Origin: an uncultured cyanobacterium
GTDB taxonomy: Bacteria > Cyanobacteriota > Cyanobacteriia > CAKZMO01
DNA: 64,000 nt
Assembly (NCBI GenBank): GCA_963719515.1
Contig: CAVRCJ010000011.1
Span: forward strand, 64,001 to 128,000
Reading direction: 5' to 3'
Shown here: piece after piece, positions 57,238 to 64,000 of the stretch
Position numbering within the stretch: position 1 is the stretch's first letter
Layout: each line of letters starts with the position of its first letter
Notes under the pieces: model-generated
Database searches by the model: none
The model's input: the letters and a program-made list of their open reading frames with translations, nothing else
Told to the model about the DNA's origin: nothing
Translations under genes and position numbers: made by a program

Positions 57238-58095
57238 CTAGCGGCTCCGCTCAGCGGTTCTCAGCTTTGCGGAGCGGGCGCGGGGATTGTCTGCAATCTC
57301 AGCCTCGTCCGCGATCGCGGGCTTCTTGGTCATTACGATTAGATCTGGGTTGCCTCTAAAGCCGTGCTTTACCAGCCTATCTTCCAGGCTGTGAAAGCTG
57401 ATCACGGTTAGCCGTCCGCCGGGGCGCAGCCAGCGGGGAGCCTGCTCTAGAAAGATCTCTAGACGCTCTAGCTCTTGGTTGACGGCGATCCGCAGGGCCT
57501 GAAACGTCCGGGTCGCGGGGTGAATGCGCCCGTAGCGGTAGGAGCGGGGGACGCTTTGGGCGATCGCCTCTGCCAGCTGCACCGTATCGGTGAAGGGCCG
57601 CCGCTGCACGATTTGGCGGGCGATGCGCCGCGACAGGCGCTCTTCCCCGTACTGGTAGATCAAATTGGCCAGATCGGTCTCGCCTGTGTGGTTGACGAGG
57701 TCTGAGGCCGTCTTCTCTTGGGTTTGGTCCATGCGCATGTCGAGGGGGGCAGCCTGACGGAAGCTAAACCCCCGCTCGGGGCGATCGACTTGGGGCGAGC
57801 TGACGCCCAGGTCCGCCAGGATGCCGTCGAATAGCCCCTCGGGGACGTAGTCTGCAAAGTTGCTGTGGTGAAACTCGACGCGATCGCCGTAGCCCAGCAG
57901 CCGCTCTCGGGCCGCTGTCAGCGCGATTGGGTCGTGGTCTAGCGCCACTAGGCGGGTATCGGGTGCCGCGTCTAGAATCAGCTGGCTGTGCCCGCCGCCG
58001 CCCACGGTGGCATCTAGATAGCGCCCGCCGGGGCAAATGCTTAGACTGGCGATCGCGGCGTCAGCTAAAACGGGAATATGGTGGAATAAAACCAT
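57238..58095 (-). CDS. rsmH: 16S rRNA m4C1402 methyltransferase
   Basis: [57 protein letters not shown]. Confidence 0.96.
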   Translation of the reverse strand: MVLFHHIPVLADAAIASLSICPGGRYLDATVGGGGHSQLILDAAPDTRLVALDHDPIALTAARERLLGYGDRVEFHHSNFADYVPEGLFDGILADLGVSSPQVDRPERGFSFRQAAPLDMRMDQTQEKTASDLVNHTGETDLANLIYQYGEERLSRRIARQIVQRRPFTDTVQLAEAIAQSVPRSYRYGRIHPATRTFQALRIAVNQELERLEIFLEQAPRWLRPGGRLTVISFHSLEDRLVKHGFRGNPDLIVMTKKPAIADEAEIADNPRARSAKLRTAERSR

Positions 58096-58250
58096 GGCTG
58101 TCTAAGCTGACGTCAGTCCCTATAATAAAGTTAACAAGTGTCATAATTGCAGCCAGCGCAGCCATTAGTCTAGCTAGCGCCTGCGCGAGCCGTCACAAGT
58201 CTCAGCCGTCACGCTTGTTGGCCATCACACCTAGAGGAAATCTGCGACCC

Positions 58251-59435
58251 ATGTCAATGATCCAAACCAAGACCGAGCCCATGGTGATCAACATGGGCCC
58301 CCACCATCCGTCCATGCACGGCGTGCTGCGCCTAATTGTGACGTTAGATGGGGAGGACGTTGTCGACTGCGAACCCGTGATTGGCTATCTCCATCGCGGC
58401 ATGGAAAAGATTGCCGAGAACCGCACCAACACGATGTTTGTGCCCTACGTGAGCCGCTGGGACTACGCAGAGGGCATGTTTAATGAGGCCGTCACGGTCA
58501 ACGCCCCCGAGAAGCTGGCAAACATCGACGTGCCCAAGCGGGCGAGCTACATCCGCGTCATTATGCTGGAGCTCAACCGCATCGCTAACCACCTGCTGTG
58601 GCTAGGCCCATTTTTAGCCGACGTCGGCGCGCAGACTCCCTTCTTCTACATTTTCCGTGAGCGGGAGATGATCTACGACCTGTGGGAAGCGGCTAGCGGC
58701 GCGCGGCTGATCAACAACAACTATTTCCGCATTGGCGGGGTGGCGGCAGATCTGCCCTACGGCTGGATCGACAAATGCGAAGATTTCTGCGACTACTTTT
58801 TGCCCAAGGTCGACGAGTACGAGAAGCTGATTACCAACAACCCCATCTTTCGCCGTCGCGTCGAGGGCCTCGGCGTCATTACCCGTGACCAGGCCATCAA
58901 CTGGGGCCTCTCTGGGCCGATGCTGAGAGCCTCCGGAGTCAAGTGGGACTTGCGCAAGGTAGACCACTACGAATGCTACGACGAGCTCGATTGGGACATT
59001 CAGTGGGACACCGTCGGCGACTGCTTCGCCCGCTACGTGGTGCGCGTGCGGGAGATGCGCGAGTCGGTGAAGATTGTTCGTCAGGCCATCAAGCAGCTGC
59101 CCGGTGGCCCCTACGAGAACCTAGAAGCCAAGCGCATGTCCAGCGGCCCCAAGTCAGAGTGGAACGATTTTGACTACCAGTTCATCGGTAAGAAAATTCC
59201 GCCCACCTTTAAGATTCCTGAGGGCGAGCACTACGTTCGCGTAGAGAGCGGCAAGGGAGAATTGGGCATCTACCTGATTGGCAGCAACGACGTCTTCCCC
59301 TGGCGCTGGAAGATTCGGGCCGCCGACTTTAATAACCTGCAGATTTTGCCGGAGCTGCTGCGCGGGGTAAAAGTGGCCGACATTATGGCCATTTTGGGCA
59401 GCATCGACATCATCATGGGCTCCGTAGATCGGTAG
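58251..59435 (+). CDS. ndhH: NAD(P)H-quinone oxidoreductase subunit H
   Basis: [36 protein letters not shown]. Start corrected to ATG 58251. Confidence 0.97.
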   Translation: MSMIQTKTEPMVINMGPHHPSMHGVLRLIVTLDGEDVVDCEPVIGYLHRGMEKIAENRTNTMFVPYVSRWDYAEGMFNEAVTVNAPEKLANIDVPKRASYIRVIMLELNRIANHLLWLGPFLADVGAQTPFFYIFREREMIYDLWEAASGARLINNNYFRIGGVAADLPYGWIDKCEDFCDYFLPKVDEYEKLITNNPIFRRRVEGLGVITRDQAINWGLSGPMLRASGVKWDLRKVDHYECYDELDWDIQWDTVGDCFARYVVRVREMRESVKIVRQAIKQLPGGPYENLEAKRMSSGPKSEWNDFDYQFIGKKIPPTFKIPEGEHYVRVESGKGELGIYLIGSNDVFPWRWKIRAADFNNLQILPELLRGVKVADIMAILGSIDIIMGSVDR

Positions 59436-59608
59436 GTTCCGCAAGCGGTAGGTTAGCGGGCAGTGGTGAGGGGCGATCGCAGCCGTCCCTCACCACCACC
59501 CGTAATCGCGCCAAACCTCACAAATTAACAACGTGCCCTAGACCTGGCCAAAACACGGATATACTACGCCATATGTAGTTCAGTATTTTGGCCAAAGCCG
59601 CATTGCCC

Positions 59609-61597
59609 ATGGACGTCCCTCGCCTCCATCCCGACACCATCGAGCAGGTCAAGCAGCGGGCCGACATCGTTGACGTTGTCTCCGAGCATGTCGTCCTCAA
59701 AAAGCAGGGCAAAGACTTTGTGGGCCTGTGCCCCTTTCACGACGACAAATCCCCCAGCTTTAGCGTCAGCCCCAGCAAGCAGTTCTACTACTGCTTTAGC
59801 TGCGGCGCGGGGGGCAACGCCATCAAGTTCCTCATGGAGCATGAGCAGCGCTCCTTTAGCGAGGTGGTGCTGGGGCTAGGACGGCGCTACGGCGTGACGG
59901 TGCAGACCCTAGAGCCGGCGCAGCGGCAGGCGTTCCAAAAGAAGCTCTCCCAAAGAGAAAAGCTCTACGAGATTTTGGCGATCGCCACCAGCTTTTATCA
60001 GCATGCCCTCCACCAGAGCGAGGGCAAAGCCGCCCTAGACTACCTCACGGGCCGCGACATCGAGGCTGCAACCCTTCAGAAATTTCAGCTGGGCTACGCC
60101 CCCGGCGGGTGGCAGACCCTTTACGGCTACTTGGTCGAGCAAAAGCGCTACCCTGTCGCTCTCGTCGAGCAGGCGGGCCTGATTGTGCCCCGTTCTGGCG
60201 GCAAGGGCTACTACGACCGGTTTCGCGATCGCCTGATGATCCCCATTGGCGACCCGCAGGGCCGGGTGATTGGCTTTGGCGGGCGCACCCTCACCGATGA
60301 GCAGCCCAAATACCTCAACTCCCCAGAAACCGAGCTGTTTGACAAAGGCCAAACTCTATTTGGCCTCGATAAGGCCCGCGCCGCCATCAGCAAAGCCGAC
60401 GCCGCCATCGTGGTGGAGGGCTACTTCGACGTCATTGCCCTACACACCGCAGGCATCACCCACGCCGTGGCCTCCCTGGGCACCGCCCTAAATCTGCAGC
60501 AGGTCAAGCAGCTCCTGCGCTATACCGAATCCAAGCAGGTGATTCTCAACTTTGACGACGACGGAGCCGGAACCAAAGCCACCGAGCGCGCCATTGAAGA
60601 AGTGACGGCCCTGGCCTATCGGGGAGACGCCCAGCTGCGGGTGCTAAATCTGCCCTCAGGGAAGGACCCAGACGAGTTTTTACGCAGCCACAGCCCAGAG
60701 GACTACCGGCAGCTAGCGGAACAGTCGCCGCTGTGGCTCGACTGGCAAATCAACCAGGCGTTTGCGGGCCGCGACCTCAACCAGGCCACCGACGTGCAGC
60801 AGGTGACCCAGCAGCTCGTGGCCTTCTTAGGGCAGGTGACCAACGCCACCACCCGCACCCACTACGGCCGCGTCTGCGCAGAGCGACTGAGCCAGGATGA
60901 CTCTAGGCTGGTGCCCCTGCTGGTGGAAAATCTGCTGGCCCAGGTGCGGCGTCAGCGGCGGCGATCGCCCACAGGGGACGAAATGCCCAAGCTCACGGTG
61001 CAGCCCACCAAAAGCCTGGACTGCGCCGAAGCGACGCTGCTGCGGATTTACATCCACGCTGGCTCCCACCGCAGCGCCATTGTGGAGTCCCTAGAGCAGC
61101 GGGATTTACAGTTTGGTCTCTCCCACCACCGGCTGCTGTGGCGCAAGATTTTGGAGCTAGAAGAGCAGTTCCCCGATCCTCAGCTCTCTGGCTTACAGCG
61201 TGACCCCCTAGCGGACGCCGCGACCCAGATGCCCTTGCTCACTCGCCTGCGGGACATCGCCGCCGAAACCGATGGTCTGCTGGATGCGGTGAGTCATCTG
61301 CTGCAGCTGGACGAAAAGACAAAGCGAGACGTGCTGCGAGCGCCGCTGGTGATCAGCCGCGCCGTAGACCGATTGGAGCGGGTGATGTGCGAAAAGCGCT
61401 GCCAGCATTTTCAGCGGCTGTGGGAGCAGACGGATTTGGGGGAAGAGCGCGAGCTAGCCCAGCACTACCAGGAACAGATCCAGTCAGAGAAGCGGCGCAT
61501 GCAGCAGCTCGATGAGCAGTACGCCGCCACCTTCGAAGATTTAGCAAAGGTGCCCTGGGTGGGGGAATACTATGCGGAGCTGGAGCGATTGTCTTAA
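59609..61597 (+). CDS. dnaG: DNA primase
   Basis: CPFH...CFSC zinc finger, DRFRDRLMIPI, KYLNSPET, VEGYFDV, FDDDGAG, KDPDE. Confidence 0.97.
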   Translation: MDVPRLHPDTIEQVKQRADIVDVVSEHVVLKKQGKDFVGLCPFHDDKSPSFSVSPSKQFYYCFSCGAGGNAIKFLMEHEQRSFSEVVLGLGRRYGVTVQTLEPAQRQAFQKKLSQREKLYEILAIATSFYQHALHQSEGKAALDYLTGRDIEAATLQKFQLGYAPGGWQTLYGYLVEQKRYPVALVEQAGLIVPRSGGKGYYDRFRDRLMIPIGDPQGRVIGFGGRTLTDEQPKYLNSPETELFDKGQTLFGLDKARAAISKADAAIVVEGYFDVIALHTAGITHAVASLGTALNLQQVKQLLRYTESKQVILNFDDDGAGTKATERAIEEVTALAYRGDAQLRVLNLPSGKDPDEFLRSHSPEDYRQLAEQSPLWLDWQINQAFAGRDLNQATDVQQVTQQLVAFLGQVTNATTRTHYGRVCAERLSQDDSRLVPLLVENLLAQVRRQRRRSPTGDEMPKLTVQPTKSLDCAEATLLRIYIHAGSHRSAIVESLEQRDLQFGLSHHRLLWRKILELEEQFPDPQLSGLQRDPLADAATQMPLLTRLRDIAAETDGLLDAVSHLLQLDEKTKRDVLRAPLVISRAVDRLERVMCEKRCQHFQRLWEQTDLGEERELAQHYQEQIQSEKRRMQQLDEQYAATFEDLAKVPWVGEYYAELERLS

Positions 61598-61658
61598 TGC
61601 TGGCGCCTAAGGTCAGAGCAGCGATCGCCCCCTACCGCCCCTTAATCACAAATAGCCT

Positions 61659-62111
61659 ATGGCCAGCCCTAAACGTCAACGCGCCCTTCAGCGGGGCCAA
61701 GAGGGAGAAGCTTTTGTGGCCCGCGTGCTGGAAAGCTGGGGCTGGCGCGTGCTTTGTCGCCGCTGGCACTGCCGCTGGGGAGAAATCGACTTAGTGGCTC
61801 AGGAGGGGGGCACAGCAGGCGAAGCTAGCGCCAGCCTGGTTTTTGTCGAAGTCAAAGTCCGCTCGTCTGGGGCATGGGACGACCAGGGTCTAGCGGTGAC
61901 TTGGCAAAAGCAGCAGCGGCTTCAGAGAACGGCCCAATATTTTCTGATGAGGCAAGAGGCAAAGGACAAAAGCCCATCCCCAAGCGCCGCCCTGCCCTGT
62001 CGGTTTGACGTGGCGCTGGTGCGCTGCCGACCCGCGCGGCCCAGCGATCCGGCATCCACAGCCGGATACTCGCTGCAGCAGTACATCAAAGGAGCCTTTG
62101 ACTCAGGCTAG
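61659..62111 (+). CDS. yraN: YraN family putative endonuclease
   Basis: G..GE, GEIDLVA, LVFVEVK.R, CRFDV. Confidence 0.88.
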   Translation: MASPKRQRALQRGQEGEAFVARVLESWGWRVLCRRWHCRWGEIDLVAQEGGTAGEASASLVFVEVKVRSSGAWDDQGLAVTWQKQQRLQRTAQYFLMRQEAKDKSPSPSAALPCRFDVALVRCRPARPSDPASTAGYSLQQYIKGAFDSG

Positions 62112-62150
62112 GAAATCGCTTTAACGGGGGTTTCAGCGATCGCTCTTTGC

Positions 62151-62984
62151 TTATCCCGCTGCCGCCTTAGCCGGAACTTTGGACGTCTTCACATGGGTTG
62201 CCCAGCCCAAAGCTCTAAACAAGCGGATGGTCTGCCAGGTGAGGTCGATTTCCCACCAGCGCGTCCCGGCCTGGGCTGAGGACTGGCAGGCGTGGTGATT
62301 GTTGTGCCAGCCTTCCCCAAACGTCAGCAGCGCCACCCACCAGCAGTTCGTTGAGTGATCAGGGACCTCGTGGCTGCGGTAGCCAAACATGTGGCAGACG
62401 CTATTGACGCAGCAGGTGCTGTGGAATCCAACAAACAGCCGGACGAAGATGCCCCAGACCACAAACGGGAGACCGCCCCATGCGTAAAGCAGAACGGCGA
62501 GCCCGAGCTGTAAGACGATGTATTGTTCGTGGCAAAACTGGTAGAAAGGGTCGTCACTGATGTCACGAATCTGTGACGTCATCTCTTTTCTGGAAGGCAC
62601 CTCGTGCATCAGCCAGGCAATATGGCTCCACCAGAAACCCTGGGTCGAGTCGTGGGGGTCTTGCTGCTGGTCGGTGTGGCGGTGGTGCAAGCGGTGGTAG
62701 CCAACCCAGCCAATGACGCCACCTTGCGCCGCCAAGGTGCCGCAGAGAATTAGGCTGTACTCCAGCCACTTAGGCACGCGCAGGCTGCGGTGGGTGGCAA
62801 GGCGGTGAAACCCCAGCGCGATACCGAGCCCAATGGTGATGCAGTGGAGGGCGATCGCAATGCCGACAGCGCCCCAGCTAAAGGTATTGGGTAAAAAGGC
62901 GAATAGGACACCTGCATGGAGGCCGACGGTGCTGAGAATAACGGACCAGCGTCGGCGAGGCGCGTGAAGCATACCAATGGTCAT
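62151..62984 (-). CDS. desC: Delta-9 acyl-lipid desaturase
   Basis: His boxes HRLATHRS, HRLHH, GEGWHNNHH. Confidence 0.88.
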   Translation of the reverse strand: MTIGMLHAPRRRWSVILSTVGLHAGVLFAFLPNTFSWGAVGIAIALHCITIGLGIALGFHRLATHRSLRVPKWLEYSLILCGTLAAQGGVIGWVGYHRLHHRHTDQQQDPHDSTQGFWWSHIAWLMHEVPSRKEMTSQIRDISDDPFYQFCHEQYIVLQLGLAVLLYAWGGLPFVVWGIFVRLFVGFHSTCCVNSVCHMFGYRSHEVPDHSTNCWWVALLTFGEGWHNNHHACQSSAQAGTRWWEIDLTWQTIRLFRALGWATHVKTSKVPAKAAAG

Positions 62985-63141
62985 GTAAACAGGATCCTAA
63001 GAATGGGCCAAAATTCAAGCTTTAGCCTAACTGACAGATTAATAGATTGGCTGTTTCAGCTTTCCGCAGCGAATCATCTACCTAAAGAATGAAGTTTTAA
63101 GCACGCGCATCTTAAGAAAAGTAAATTTAATAGCCTTCTTA

Positions 63142-63354
63142 TTAAAGCAGTCTTTGCAGTGCTTGGCGTCTTTGATACAGAATTTCTATGCACTTCGACA
63201 AATTGCTTAGTACATTCTTGCTAGGCGCGATCGCAAGTGATTGAGCTGGATCGCGAGTGGACTGCTCTTGCCGCACCATCTGTGCAGCCTCTTGGGAAAA
63301 GACAGCGGATGGGACTGAGGTGAGGAACTCTTTGTATTCGAGGTCTATTCGCAC
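63142..63354 (-). CDS. Possible small hypothetical protein
   Basis: ORF only; no motif recognised. Confidence 0.3.
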   Translation of the reverse strand: MRIDLEYKEFLTSVPSAVFSQEAAQMVRQEQSTRDPAQSLAIAPSKNVLSNLSKCIEILYQRRQALQRLL

Positions 63355-63572
63355 AGTTACGAGCTAACTTACTCGCAAGGTGCGTACTGGTAAAACAGGT
63401 AAGAGCGACGGATACTTTGCACCGCTGCTTCAACCGTTAAACCGCATAGGCTACGTCAGGCGATCGCCCCGCTTCGCAAACTGCTGCAATCTCTCCCTGT
63501 AGGCGGTCAAAATTAGTGCAAGATGAGACTGTGCGATCGCACAAATTAGCCTTTGGGAGAGCAACTGAGGTG

Positions 63573-64000
63573 ATGAAACAACTACGGGCCTTGGGGCTTG
63601 CCGCCGTGCTGCTGAGCGTCCTGCTCGCTGTGGCTCGGCCCGCGATCGCGGCTGAGGCGTCTCGTGCAGCTGTGGCTGAGGCATCGCCGGGAGAGTCTGC
63701 TATAGATGAACCGGCCCCCACCAACGCCCCGCCCAGCGCAAAACCGCTGCCCGACAGCGCAGCAGTTTTGCGCCCGCCCGCGCTGCCAGAAACCGCCAGG
63801 TTGCCCAAACCCAAAACCTACTTTTTGCAGGTGATGGCGGGCAGTCCAAAGCGTCAAATCACCCTCGACCCGCCCGCGACGAAGCTCGTAGTCACAGTTG
63901 AGGCCGGAGAGGCAGCCCTACGCTGCGGCGTTGACTCTAAAGGGCCGGTCAAGGGCAATGGTCAAAAACCGGCCCCTAAGAACCGTCGCCTACAGGCCTA
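63573..64000 (+). CDS. Partial exported hypothetical protein (runs off the window; not in the ORF track)
   Basis: GAGG RBS, ATG 63573, signal peptide MKQLRALGLAAVLLSVLLAVARPAIA|AE; frame open to 64000. Confidence 0.7.
   Translation, partial: MKQLRALGLAAVLLSVLLAVARPAIAAEASRAAVAEASPGESAIDEPAPTNAPPSAKPLPDSAAVLRPPALPETARLPKPKTYFLQVMAGSPKRQITLDPPATKLVVTVEAGEAALRCGVDSKGPVKGNGQKPAPKNRRLQA

Larger units (their letters stand above)
1..64000. repeat. HIP1 octamer GCGATCGC dispersed through the backbone
   Basis: Seen many dozens of times by eye. I saw none in 1-2040 or in the WD40 array. Confidence 0.95.

Noticed and set aside
57927..58250. N-terminal extension of NdhH; also the track starts at 8219, 13216 and 47412
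   Set aside because: The extensions overlap neighbouring genes; conserved N-termini begin at 58251, 8291, 13318 and 47520.
1..64000. tRNA, rRNA, integrase or prophage genes
   Set aside because: None recognised by eye on either strand.

Overview
Chromosomal window from a cyanobacterium: dense HIP1 octamers (GCGATCGC), ndhH, fibrillin, a DUF4278 gene under an NtcA box and a glutamine riboswitch. The backbone is housekeeping: dcd, a CbiMQO-type Co/Ni ECF transporter, modA, two cation:H+ antiporters, MATE, tatC, Mrp, ftsH, glyS, ctaA/ctaB, rsmH, ndhH, dnaG, yraN and desC. Accessory and unusual material: (i) a left-end island with a low-GC 4-TM gene, a complete ISAs1-family element (20-bp IRs, 10-bp target duplication) and a VapBC/Uma2 pair fused by a deletion; (ii) two dispersed copies (about 3.0-3.6 kb, + strand, and 52.2-52.6 kb, - strand) of an unnamed module made of a conserved three-stem RNA leader plus a small 'HQLGYA..WS' protein; (iii) three protein-less IS200/IS605-type elements that keep both ends, a shared promoter block and about 250-310 nt of non-coding sequence, candidate stand-alone omegaRNA/guide cassettes; (iv) an NsiR1-like sRNA with a DIF1-like promoter; (v) an NLR-like locus, CHAT(caspase-like)-TIR-AAA plus AAA-TM-coiled coil-WD40, with 16 near-identical 123-bp repeats varying mainly at four codon positions; (vi) a degenerate second copy of the glyS 3' end bounding a 2.4-kb insert; (vii) several deletion or nonsense scars. 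Family names come from motif recognition only; no database searches were run.
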